From contig JADGIG010000025.1 of NCBI GenBank assembly GCA_018985235.1, positions 1 to 40,862 of the forward strand: a stretch of 40,862 bases of DNA, given 5' to 3'. Source of the stretch: Sanchytrium tribonematis. Lineage: Eukaryota. Each line of letters begins with the position of its first letter. Positions within the stretch are counted from its first letter, which is position 1. The notes beneath the pieces were generated by a model. It was not told the origin of the DNA. It saw only the letters and a program-made list of their open reading frames with translations, and did no database searches. Both the position numbers and the translations under genes were made by a program. Positions 11,032-21,300 of the stretch are shown piece by piece.

Positions 11032-11595
11032 ATGGACACTGAGTCACTTAATGAATTGACGCAATATATCGTATGGAAAGCTCAGATATCCACATCAGAG
11101 CTATCAAGTATGGTGGGTAGGCGAGCTCTTTATAGTGACGATTTATCTTACATAAACCATCGATTAAGTCCACTTAGTTTAAAAATTGAAAAAGCGCCTG
11201 CACCATTGCTAAAGAGCTCAAGAAGTGTCGCGTACTACGGTGTCAATACGGATTATGATGCTATTGATTCTCTTCACCCAGAAATTGATTCTGATATTTT
11301 AGCATTTGTATTATGTTATATTTACCTTGAACATCAAAGGGCAGATTTGGAAGTACTCAAATCAGAAATGAATAAGATCCAAGGCAGCGATCATTGTTTA
11401 TCTGCTCTTGAAAAGCACGGTTATATAGAAACAAGCAAAAAGTTAAATCTGGCTTCATGGGGACCAAAATCAAGAATACTATTTACGACTAACGATATAC
11501 TCGATTGCCTCAAAAAAATATATCAAAGAGACATTGTCGAAGCGGCAAAGAAAGCAGGGACTCATGAGCATAGCTTTGAAATATTTCGAGATTAA
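11032..11595 (+). CDS. MAGE-domain protein, probable Nse3 subunit of SMC5/6
   Basis: ILAFVLCYIYL, then L.KHGYI and SWGPKSRILFTTNDILDCLKKIY, matches the second MAGE winged helix (WGPR...kvLefvakiY). Confidence 0.65.
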   Translation: MDTESLNELTQYIVWKAQISTSELSSMVGRRALYSDDLSYINHRLSPLSLKIEKAPAPLLKSSRSVAYYGVNTDYDAIDSLHPEIDSDILAFVLCYIYLEHQRADLEVLKSEMNKIQGSDHCLSALEKHGYIETSKKLNLASWGPKSRILFTTNDILDCLKKIYQRDIVEAAKKAGTHEHSFEIFRD

Positions 11596-11599
11596 TTTA

Positions 11600-12613
11600 T
11601 TAAAGTATTTGCTCTCTAAAGTGCTTTTGACTATTTGCTTTAACACCCAACTTCAGTCTCCAGTCGTTTCTAGACCTTTTCCTCAAGTCTCTCTTAGGAA
11701 CTTGCTGTGGCGGATTTTGCTTCGCAACATCTCTGGCTTTATTGTCTTCAATGTTGGAATAATGCTGCTTATAATATTTGTGCCAAGACCGATGCCCTAG
11801 TTTTTTTTCACCATTTAAAATTAATTCATTTGTGTTAGGATCTAATGTTACCAAAGTGGGATCTTCCATTGAGGTAAAATCATAAAAAGCCGCATATTCA
11901 TTCCAATGCTCATCCTCAAATTTAATTTTACAATGACCTAAATCAACCATGTGTTTCTGACAATCAACAACTGATCTGAATAAGCCTTTTTCGGGTTGGT
12001 CCAATTGATGGCACCAAACGCAGCCAAAACCAATCTTGACCTTATGCCCCAAATAGAGTAGAAGTCCTTTAATATCTACTAAATATTCAATATCTGGGAA
12101 AAAAAATTCATGAGTAGTGACCATATGGTCAATAGCATCCTCGATTTTTTCAAAGGATTCTGGGCAAAATAAACATTCTTCTATTAAAACATTCTTACTC
12201 AACTTTTCTTCATCCGTGGCAACCCTAATTACCCTTTTCTTCTTTTCTTGAATATCGACCTCATGTTCTTTGCCCCTAGCATTTTCTATGTGTTTTTTCG
12301 ACTGTGTGTGCGTGATATATCCATTCTCTGTCACGTATTGTTTATTGCAAGGTTTGCAAGTATAAACTAAATCAGAAAGAGGGGATGCATCGACTTTCTT
12401 TTGCTCAACCTTTATTTGAAATTCTTGAGCACTAACACTAGGCAAACCATTCATTTTTAATTTCAAATTGTATCGATGCCAGTCACTACCATGGTGTCTA
12501 CGTTGTTGATCGCCGACACTGAAAGCAATTCCACAGATTCCACAAGTAAACATATAGGCAGTTGTGTCTGTTGATGTGGAAGGAGCTGGTGAATTTGATC
12601 GTTGTTCACTCAT
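11600..12613 (-). CDS. REI1: Rei1/ZNF622 cytoplasmic pre-60S maturation zinc-finger protein
   Basis: FTCGIC...SDWHRYNLK, CKPCNK, CLFCP...HMVTTHEFFFPDIEYLVD, HMVDLGHCKI and C-terminal HFREQIL. Confidence 0.92.
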   Translation of the reverse strand: MSEQRSNSPAPSTSTDTTAYMFTCGICGIAFSVGDQQRRHHGSDWHRYNLKLKMNGLPSVSAQEFQIKVEQKKVDASPLSDLVYTCKPCNKQYVTENGYITHTQSKKHIENARGKEHEVDIQEKKKRVIRVATDEEKLSKNVLIEECLFCPESFEKIEDAIDHMVTTHEFFFPDIEYLVDIKGLLLYLGHKVKIGFGCVWCHQLDQPEKGLFRSVVDCQKHMVDLGHCKIKFEDEHWNEYAAFYDFTSMEDPTLVTLDPNTNELILNGEKKLGHRSWHKYYKQHYSNIEDNKARDVAKQNPPQQVPKRDLRKRSRNDWRLKLGVKANSQKHFREQIL

Positions 12614-12809
12614 TTGTTTCGAGGATCCTTCAACAAAATGTTTGATTACTTTAACTCTAAGTACTTTCTCAAGTATTCACTATGGAGCCGTCAAAGTGCT
12701 AGGTCTTCCGAATACCATATATAAAGATTAAGGCCGACAGAAAGTTACGTTTTATTAAAACTAAATTGCGGTATTTGAGTCTATACAAAGGTACGCGAGA
12801 GGGAGGTAT

Positions 12810-15155
12810 CTATTTGCTTTGTAACTTTGACTGAATGGCTTCGAGCAGTTCAGCAACATCTTTTGCAGAAAACCCCTTTTCTTCAATGATATCATCAAAG
12901 GTAGTTTTTCTAGACGGTTCCGACTTTTGAGACTTAATGAAGTCAGATAAATGCTTCGGGATGTTGAATTTGACAGGAGTGACGTCTAACGAAGATCCCC
13001 CCAAGCGATATTCGTATTTTTGAAGACGATCTTCAATATTCTCAATATATTGGCTATAATTTTGAAGTAAAAATTTTATAATTTCGCAAAAATGCCGCTC
13101 AGCTACGGCTTCATAAGTCGGAAACACTCCATAGTAACGGGCCAAGTCCGCCATATAAAAATATTCTGATTTGTCAGATATGGACAAATCTTTATAAATT
13201 TCATTAAAATGAGATTCTACTTGCGTAGCATGTTCTCTGTCATTTAAAACTAAAGAATATTTAAAATAACCACAGTCTTTTTCAAATTCCTCTCTGAGGG
13301 ATCTGTCTCGCAAAGACTGGCTGGTAATACCATGTTTAATCCATTTCCTGTCTTTTAGTTTAGGATCTGTCACCCCATCCTGCAAACCACTTATAGGGAT
13401 TCGGACATAAATCATATGTGATGCATAGTTGATTACTAAACTAGAAACGGTTGAAGACGTTTCTTCCTTGCGATGTTTTGTTTCCGAAGGTAAACTAGGA
13501 TATGACTCTAAAGTAGATTCAGGATGATACTGCAAGTAATATGCACGAGCTCGATCATACGAAGTAAAAGTTCTCATTCGTTGGTTTGGATAGCCAGAGG
13601 TGAGTTTCTTTGCTTCCTCCAAAGAGGTAAAAATACCCGTTTTACGTCCAACCACTACTGAGTAGTACTTTTCTTTAGTTGCAGAAATTTTATGCTCAGG
13701 TTTTGCGTCCAGCGGGAGACACGACATACTTTCATGTGGAGAAATGGATGACGCAGTTTGAGATGTACTTAAGGTTGAGGTATCATCTGTAGTGGCACTG
13801 TAGAATATTCTGCTTTCAAAGAATTTAGGTATTATGCCAGGATTATATTCATTAAAAAATTGCAGTGCTTCTTCATAAGTCTCAAATCCTTTTAGTTTTT
13901 GACCAGGATATCCGTCAGAAACTTTTCTGGCCTCATATATATTGACATATATTCCGATTTTACACTTTGGACCTACGGCTACAGCCCAGTATTTGTTAGT
14001 CCCTTTATAAGAAGGATAAAATTTTGGCTCAACTCCAGGATTAAATTCTTTAAAAAATGAAACTGCTTCTGCCGCCGATTTACATTTTCTAATTTTTTGA
14101 CCAGGGTATCTTTCAGACGCCAACTTTGCCTCGGACATGTTCTCGAAGATTCCGATTTTCCTTCCGACAGCAACACTATAGCATACAATTGCATCATCAT
14201 ATGCTGAGGAACCTAATGCAGAATCACTTTTAGGCTCGAATTCAAATATATACGGTTCTATAAAAGGATTGCTTTCTTTGTATAATTTAATGGCATCGTC
14301 CTTATTATCAACGTAGATTGGATTGTCATAATATCTCTTGGCAAGTTCTAAAGAAAGGTATATTCCGTTTCCTTGTCCAGAAGGAATGACATAATATTTT
14401 GAGTGACGTGATCGCAAACTGTTTGGAAAATTGCTTCTATGTAAATCTGTCAATTTTGGACCTAGATTGTTGCTAGATTTTTCTTCCGAGTTGTGGTCTC
14501 TGAAATGAACTGGACTTGTATGCGGATTAAGACTTTTGAAACTCGATTCGGCCTCAGCTAATGTTTTAAACGGAATAATTTTAGCATCGCTGCCATTTTT
14601 CCTCATGGCGGTATCTCTTGAATCAAAAAGGCCGGGGCATAATCCCGTAGGAACGCAATAGCATGGATGATAGTTCTTGTCTTCATTTATATTAGTATCT
14701 TTTTTAGGAAAAGAACCCGTTGAATTGGAGTAAAAGGGAACTCTCATGTTTGGATTGTAATCGAGGAAAAAAGCTTCAGCTTCTTCATAAGATTTAAATC
14801 CTCGAAGCTTTTGGCCAGACGTGCCATCACAGTGTTTTCTTGCCTCAGAATGAGATGTATAAATTCCGACTTTTCGTCCCACAGCAACTACATAATAGCT
14901 ATTGGCATTCTTCGAGGCTTTTAAACTTTTAAATTCGTTTCTTTTGCTAAATAAAAATGGATCTGGTGGCGCGCCTCCAACTCGTTTTGCTAAATTCCTT
15001 TCTTTGAACCATTTCATCAAAAAATATTCGGCATCTTTTTTATTATCAAATCTCTTTGAAAATTGCCCTGTAAACCCTTCGGTTTGGGCCCTACTTTCAG
15101 TTGCTCTTTCAAATATGCCGGTTTTTCGTCCCACTAAAACTACAAAGTATGGCAT
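12810..15155 (-). CDS. Protein with 7 RNase H1 N-terminal hybrid-binding (Cauli_VI/viroplasmin) repeats and a C-terminal GIY-YIG/T5orf172-like domain
   Basis: Repeats of the form YxVxVGRKxGI(F/Y)...EA...GYPGQ...F...EA..F at about aa 2-46, 86-130, 165-206, 253-292, 325-368, 388-434 and 496-540. At aa 580-667: IYVR...IKHGIT...LRDR...E.HF...SEYF. No RNase H catalytic (DGS/DGA) motif seen. Confidence 0.75.
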   Translation of the reverse strand: MPYFVVLVGRKTGIFERATESRAQTEGFTGQFSKRFDNKKDAEYFLMKWFKERNLAKRVGGAPPDPFLFSKRNEFKSLKASKNANSYYVVAVGRKVGIYTSHSEARKHCDGTSGQKLRGFKSYEEAEAFFLDYNPNMRVPFYSNSTGSFPKKDTNINEDKNYHPCYCVPTGLCPGLFDSRDTAMRKNGSDAKIIPFKTLAEAESSFKSLNPHTSPVHFRDHNSEEKSSNNLGPKLTDLHRSNFPNSLRSRHSKYYVIPSGQGNGIYLSLELAKRYYDNPIYVDNKDDAIKLYKESNPFIEPYIFEFEPKSDSALGSSAYDDAIVCYSVAVGRKIGIFENMSEAKLASERYPGQKIRKCKSAAEAVSFFKEFNPGVEPKFYPSYKGTNKYWAVAVGPKCKIGIYVNIYEARKVSDGYPGQKLKGFETYEEALQFFNEYNPGIIPKFFESRIFYSATTDDTSTLSTSQTASSISPHESMSCLPLDAKPEHKISATKEKYYSVVVGRKTGIFTSLEEAKKLTSGYPNQRMRTFTSYDRARAYYLQYHPESTLESYPSLPSETKHRKEETSSTVSSLVINYASHMIYVRIPISGLQDGVTDPKLKDRKWIKHGITSQSLRDRSLREEFEKDCGYFKYSLVLNDREHATQVESHFNEIYKDLSISDKSEYFYMADLARYYGVFPTYEAVAERHFCEIIKFLLQNYSQYIENIEDRLQKYEYRLGGSSLDVTPVKFNIPKHLSDFIKSQKSEPSRKTTFDDIIEEKGFSAKDVAELLEAIQSKLQSK
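13521..15155 (-). repeat. Seven degenerate intragenic ~45-55 aa repeats (HBD/Cauli_VI)
   Basis: Protein-level repeats, most followed by an NP..xP.F(Y/F) extension. Repeats 3 and 4 are the most degenerate. Confidence 0.85.
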
Positions 15156-15330
15156 TTAATTGTGTTTAATAGGGGTCAGATATTGTGATTTCTTGGGAGA
15201 TGTATTTTTGGGGAATGCGTTCTATGTACCTATTTTAGAATTTTTTTGAGATTGAATAAGCATTTTTAGTCTATAAATAAAAAGACTACTGTATCACTTT
15301 AATAATTTCAAAACTTGGAGTGGCTCGAAC

Positions 15331-16249
15331 ATGGCAAAATACATGAGATATTTCATCGTTTACATGATATTATTTATACCCCTTTGGTACAAATTAACAG
15401 AATTGTATAGAGCAAACATAAGAGAACCCGTTGCATGGGAATCAAGCCAAACATTTCCCGAGAGAGAATTTTGCATATACGTTCCAAAAGTAGCATGGCA
15501 TGTCTACATAGTTCATTTCAAAGAAGTGCCTGGATCGATTAAGCGTGAAATTTTGGAAAAAAATCTTAATTTTGCATCAAGTGAGTTACCACTAAATATC
15601 ACATATTCAATTTATGAGGTTCATGAAAATAAAATCACTCTGCCAACAAACCAAAAAAATATACAGTCTATTATGAATGAATATACCACAGTGAATTTGT
15701 TTGAAGATAATGTGATTCACACAATTGTTTACAATGTAAATGAGACCGAATCTCGCAATTATTTAAGAATTCCAAGATGGGGATCTATTCATACAGAGAT
15801 TAATTACGACAGCATTGTTGATTCTTTGTTGAAAGTTCATTGCAAACTAGACAATCAACCCAAAGCAGATTTGTATAGAAAATATATTGATTATTACGGT
15901 CTTGAATCATATGATTTGGTAAGATCATTAAGGAAACTAGTGAATGAGCTTTACAACATGATTGTTCCAGATACGATTGCAGATTTTGTTGATGATTATA
16001 GGCAACATATTTTGATAGCGAAAAATGAAACAGATTTACATAACGCTGTGTATGAAGCAGGTAAAGCTTATCGTTTTGCCCACAAAGCGTATTATCATCC
16101 ATCTATAACTTCAGTTCAAACGTATCCGGATGAGCACAAATATGCGATATACTGTAATTTTTATTCATTTAGTACCTTTTGTGTTGCCATACGTTTATCC
16201 TATCATTGCAACACTCTATGAGCTCAAAACCCAAATCCCTGATGCTTAA
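15331..16249 (+). CDS. GPI17: GPI transamidase subunit PIG-S/Gpi17 (exons 15331-16153 and 16173-16249; 299 aa)
   Basis: N-terminal TM segment with PLWYKLTELYRA, then IPRWGSI and AYYHPSITSVQTYPDEHKYAIY. Removing a 19-nt intron continues into LPFVLPYVYPII, matching the family YAIYxPLFLP TM motif. Confidence 0.85.
16154..16172 (+). other. 19-nt spliceosomal intron (phase 1)
   Basis: GTAATTTTTATTCATTTAG; removal restores the PIG-S C-terminal motif. Confidence 0.85.
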
Positions 16250-16294
16250 TTTCCGTGATTAATAAACATTCTCTTGCTTGAAAAAATCTCCTTG

Positions 16295-17305
16295 ATGCAA
16301 AATACAAATAGACTAACAAATTATTCGATACAGATTTTGATAGCAACTGTTTTAAAAAAGAATTATGATAGTATGAATAAGCAATCACTTCAAATATTGA
16401 CCAGCATATTTACCCAATACATATTGCAAGTCGGCAAAGTGAGCAAACATTATGCAAATTATGCAGGACGATGCCAAGTACAATTAGAAGATGTTCTGTA
16501 CGCCCTTACTGACTTTGGAATAGATTTTACTCAGTTGATTCGGCAAAAAATGCGACACGATTCTATGTATGAACTTGTTGACGTAGAGGAGAAACCAGCA
16601 AGATCGCCACCGACCCAGAACCAAAGTGAAAATATACCGACTCATTTGCCTGATTTTCCTCAAAAAGATCTTGTGAAAACCTCATATACTCCTGCTCAAG
16701 TAGATGTTATTCCATTTCATCGAACGGATTCAAATGATGACAGTATAATAACTGATGCTCCGGATATTCCGCCGAGATTAGACCAATTTGAACCAGATCC
16801 ATCAAACAAAGAATTAAAAAGTTTGTTTGATGTATCGAAAGAGGAGATAACTCAAGCTTTATATACTACAATGAAGGAAGTCGAAGTTGCACAAGAGAAC
16901 ACATCTGAAGAGCTGGAATCTAACAGGAAGACGTCAAAATTAATAAGAAAGCAATTATACATGGATGCGCTCAAACGACATCCTCTGTTACATCAGGACA
17001 TTGGAAGCCATTCTGATCAATATCAATATATGACGCTTTTTCCATTTTCCCCGCACTTCGAAATGCCTAACAGCGCTCAATTATCTACTAGTTGTCGTGC
17101 TAGTTATTCTAGCTCTCGAATTCCACCAGGTTGGCTACTGGCGCCATATAAGATAAACCTGAGACCACCTACACACAAAAAGGTTCTGGATTTTCAAGAC
17201 GTAAATGATTTGCTTGAAGATGATGGTAACAACGAGCAGCAAGATAGGGAATATAGAAATTCATATTTGGACGCAGTTTTAATGCAAAGCAGGCTTAAAT
17301 CTTAA
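16295..17305 (+). CDS. Bromodomain-associated (BTP) histone-fold protein, TAF8-like (TAF3 not excluded)
   Basis: LQILTSIFTQYILQVGKVSKHYANYAGRCQVQLEDVLYALTDFGID histone fold followed by IPTHLPDFP. First ATG is at 16295. Confidence 0.7.
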   Translation: MQNTNRLTNYSIQILIATVLKKNYDSMNKQSLQILTSIFTQYILQVGKVSKHYANYAGRCQVQLEDVLYALTDFGIDFTQLIRQKMRHDSMYELVDVEEKPARSPPTQNQSENIPTHLPDFPQKDLVKTSYTPAQVDVIPFHRTDSNDDSIITDAPDIPPRLDQFEPDPSNKELKSLFDVSKEEITQALYTTMKEVEVAQENTSEELESNRKTSKLIRKQLYMDALKRHPLLHQDIGSHSDQYQYMTLFPFSPHFEMPNSAQLSTSCRASYSSSRIPPGWLLAPYKINLRPPTHKKVLDFQDVNDLLEDDGNNEQQDREYRNSYLDAVLMQSRLKS

Positions 17306-17310
17306 TAAAT

Positions 17311-17433
17311 TTATTCTGTCCGCCATCTATTTTTCTTATTGTACAGCAAATATACAGAAAATGAACCTGCTGCTGCTATGAATCCCCATCCTATCAAAAT
17401 TTGACCCGGAGAATTAAATTTGAAAAGCGTCAT
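17311..17433 (-). CDS. 40-aa single-TM microprotein (DUF4748-like), not in the ORF track
   Basis: MTLFKFNSPGQILIGWGFIAAAGSFSVYLLYNKKNRWRTE*. It is preceded by CTCCT as other genes here are, fills the gap exactly, and its GWG..AAG..Y pattern resembles small fungal DUF4748 proteins as I recall them. Confidence 0.65.
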   Translation of the reverse strand: MTLFKFNSPGQILIGWGFIAAAGSFSVYLLYNKKNRWRTE

Positions 17434-17469
17434 GTAGGAGAACTTAATTTACAGTGATAAAACATAAAT

Positions 17470-18279
17470 TTATTTAAATGGCTTACTTACCATATAACTT
17501 GACTCATAATGCGTAGTTTGGTGATTGGGGGCAGGTGCACCATTATTGATAATTGGTTGCCTGATTTCCTCTAAATTTAAAATGGACCTCCTTGGATTAT
17601 AATAATCATCATTTTCCAGTTGGCTATCTTGTCTTTTCAGTTTTTGCTTCTTTTTCCAAACCAAAGCACCAAATGAAAATGCGATGATTAATGCACCGAT
17701 GATTGAAACTAAAATAATCCACCACAAATCCTCGTTTGTTCCAGACATGGAGTCTTGTGCGGTCTCATCATTAAGAAAATCAGTGTCATCCCATGAACCT
17801 AAAAAGTCTTTCCCACAGGATGCGAGCGCCTTTGCTTTGATCCGCTCTGCAAATGTGTCGTTCGAAACACTTTCAAATTTTAATTCATTGGAAATCATTC
17901 TAGATTGACAGGTAGAACATGTGAGGTTTAAAGTGGACAATTTGGAGCTCACATCGTCTACTGTGGCTGCACCCTGAGCAATCCATGTGTCTAATCTTTC
18001 CTTGTAACATAAAATCCCGTTGGATTTTGTACATCTTGAGTTCCATTGATATATGCAATACTTTAAAATTTCTGGCTTATTTTGCTCGTATAAACATTTA
18101 GCAATATTGTTGCGATATTGACTCGAACACTCTGGTGTGCAAACATTTTGGGCATTATGATTTAAGTCGACGAGATAGGATGTTTTGCTGATTAAAGTTA
18201 ATGTGCAGTCTGCTGGTAAATGACATTGAGGTACTTCACTTAGTTTATCGCAGGCCATAATGAAGGAAATTATTATCAT
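17470..18279 (-). CDS. Type I membrane protein with a Cys-rich ectodomain, function unknown
   Basis: Short hydrophobic leader MIIISFIMA, about 12 Cys in the ectodomain, TM segment LWWIILVSIIGALIIAFSFGALVW followed by KKKQK, and a Tyr-containing tail. Confidence 0.75.
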   Translation of the reverse strand: MIIISFIMACDKLSEVPQCHLPADCTLTLISKTSYLVDLNHNAQNVCTPECSSQYRNNIAKCLYEQNKPEILKYCIYQWNSRCTKSNGILCYKERLDTWIAQGAATVDDVSSKLSTLNLTCSTCQSRMISNELKFESVSNDTFAERIKAKALASCGKDFLGSWDDTDFLNDETAQDSMSGTNEDLWWIILVSIIGALIIAFSFGALVWKKKQKLKRQDSQLENDDYYNPRRSILNLEEIRQPIINNGAPAPNHQTTHYESSYMVSKPFK

Positions 18280-18323
18280 GTTTGTTTTCAACTAAAACCC
18301 CTTTCATGAAAACAACTTTATTA

Positions 18324-21300
18324 TTATCTCAAATATCTTTGGAAATCAAGTTGCTCGGGTATTCTGTCACCTTGACATACTAGATGAACTGCCATCTCAT
18401 AGCTATAGTCCAATCCTTTCAACAATTTTGGTGTTATCATAAAGTATTGAGAGTCTTTTGAACGCTGCACAACCAGAGCATGCACTAATTTTTCATTTCT
18501 AGGATCCATGCCTTGATTTATCTCATCTACTACTCTAAATGGTACCGAAGACGTACCCTGCAAACACATCAGATACAACATTGTAGCAACAGACTTCTCT
18601 CCGCCAGAGTGCCGAGTTCCAGATAAGGAATGTAGGCTTTCTGCTCCTCTAAATTTAACCAGTATATCTATTCCCCAATGCTTAATATCTTCAGGGTCTT
18701 CACTTTTGTACAACTTGATTTCACCATCGCATTTAACGCTCAACATATTCTCTCTAAATTTACTAGACAAATCTGTGATCATATTATTGACTTTTGAAAT
18801 AAAATTTCGGCGTCTAGATACATTCAAAGAAGTTAATTCCTCTGCCTCTCTCTCTTTGACGGCAATTAATTTTTCAAGCTTGGTAATCTGAAGTTTTCTT
18901 TCTTCGTAGAGCCTTACTTCCTCCCTGACAGTTTCGTTTAAAGTATTGTTTAGCCGAGTCTCTAAGCCTCTAATTTGCATTCCAACATCGACGATCTCGA
19001 GATTTTTGAATTCCCTTTCTTCAATCATTGATTTCGCCGCCACAGAAAGTCGAGCAAATTGATTTTTTTGCTCTGTGTTAAACTCTTCGACATTTTTCTC
19101 TGCAGATCTGATTTCTCTTTCTAAGAGTTTGACGGAGTTTTCAAGACTGTTTATAGTACTGGAGGTATCTGAGTAGTCATTTAGAAATTCTTGCAGATCC
19201 CTTCTAGATGTTGAGACTAATTGGCATTTCAAATATAATTTTTCTACGAGATTCTCAAGTCCTTCAAATTCCTTTATGTATTCTTCAACCAAATTTCTTT
19301 TATCTTCTTCCTTAGATTCAATAATTTTTTCTTTCCTTTTAATCTGAGAATCAATAGATGGTCGATTTTCTAAAACTTGTAGGCTTTCCTCGTATGAACT
19401 TAATTTGCTTCTAAGATTTGCAGGTATCATCAGCTTTTGCCGAACTGATTGTAATTGAGTAGCCAACGAGGACCGCGCTTCTTGCCGCTTTTTCATTTGC
19501 GAATTAATTTTGTTCTCTTCGGTTTTTAGGGCGTGTAGTTCTTTCGCATAAGAATCAACTTTTGTTCTGGAATCAGTAATAACGTTTTTCAACTCTTCTA
19601 CTCGCTGAGTATCAGTAGCATTTTTCAAAACTCGAGCTTCTCTTAATATCGAAGTTTTTGTTGAAAGCTCCTTTCTTCCATATCTACTTCTGGTATTGAT
19701 ATGAATCTCATTTCCCATCACAAATTTCGGATATACACCCCGACATTTATCATACATAGATGGGATTAAAGCACGGCTGCTAACTGGAATTTTATGAAAG
19801 TCAAAATCATTACATAAAAAACTTTTGACCAGTGGAGTACATTGTACCGCATCTGCCAATACAGCATCAAAGCCAACACTTTTGTAATTTGCGTCATTTT
19901 CAAAATTAGAATTAGGCGGATGTCTCACATCAATTTTCAAGGCTCTAGAATCAATCAATTCCTTCATTAAATGCTCATAGTCTGCCACATTGTCAGTCAA
20001 AATCGAAAACAAACCACGTCCAACAAAATTTTCGACTGCTTTTCTATATTCGGCTTGAACCTCGATGTCCAAAAAAACAGGTCCTTCTACGTTGGAAAAT
20101 TTGTGATGATTCTCAGTAACATATTGATATGCTGTGAATGCGTCCGAATTTAAGTTTCTTAAAATATTAAGCCTTTGAGTCTTCACTTCATTCAATTGCT
20201 TCAACTCCCTTTCAGCATCACTTTGACGCTGACGGAAAAGCCTAGCATCTGAATCTAAGTCACGAACTTTTGAATTGATTGTACTTAGCTTCTGTTCGAG
20301 ATCTTGCCCATCTCCGTCATGTTTCTGTAAATTTTCTTTTAGACGTGTTTCTTGTTCTTTATAATCAGCAAATTTACTTTCTTCGCTTTTAATAGACTCT
20401 GTTAAACTCGATATAGCGCGTTTTTGTGCCTCGATAGAATCTTTGTCTTCTTTCTCTTTTTCGTGGACTTTGTTGATTTCAACAAAAACATTGGTAATCT
20501 CTTCTTCAATTTCTTCTGATTTATCGTAACCCTGAGTAAGCCGTTTTTGTATAACAGAAACATTTTTCTCGAGCAAACTGACAGCATCGGATGCCTGATC
20601 AACTTTTTCTTGCAAAACTCGTTTCCTTTTTGCATTTGCTTCATTCTTCTTCCTCGTTGAGTTTAGTGTTCTCGAAGCTTTTTCTCTATCATCTTTAAGC
20701 GTATTTAGAGTCGCTCGAGCCTCTTCGTAATTTAATAGCTTGTATACTGCTGTTAGAGCTTCCAATTCAAGTTTCAGAAGTTCACTTTCTCGGTAAGTCT
20801 CTACTTGACCAATAACTAATTGATTTCGCTGGATTAAACTTTCCAATTCCTGCCTTCTTTCTTCCAATACTTGTGCAGCATTATTTGAGTTTGACATATC
20901 AGCAATTACCTGCTCATGAAGCTCCCTGAAATCATTTCCGCCGACAATATATTCTGTTTCCTTCAATCTATCCTTAGCATTTAAAGCGGCAAATTGGCCT
21001 ACCCTTTCTTGAGGCAGAACTTGACATAAATTTGCGACATTTATATTAAGATCTGCCATTAACTCATCGATTACTTTTAAATTACATTTGACATTGTCAA
21101 TTAAAAAATCATTGGATTTTGTTGTGATAAATCTAGAGATAGTGGTAGAACCAGATTGGGTTTTGATAGTGATATGAATCTTTGCGAAGTCTTCTCCGAA
21201 TTTGATGAAAGACTTTAAATCAGACGATCTTTCCAAGTTTGCAGGCTTTCCACCTAATCCAAGTACTATTGCACATACAATAGAAGATTTTCCACTTCCA

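Noticed and set aside
12810..15155. Calling this gene RNase H1 or a caulimovirus/retroelement remnant
   Set aside because: No RNase H catalytic motif, reverse transcriptase, integrase, capsid or LTR is visible.
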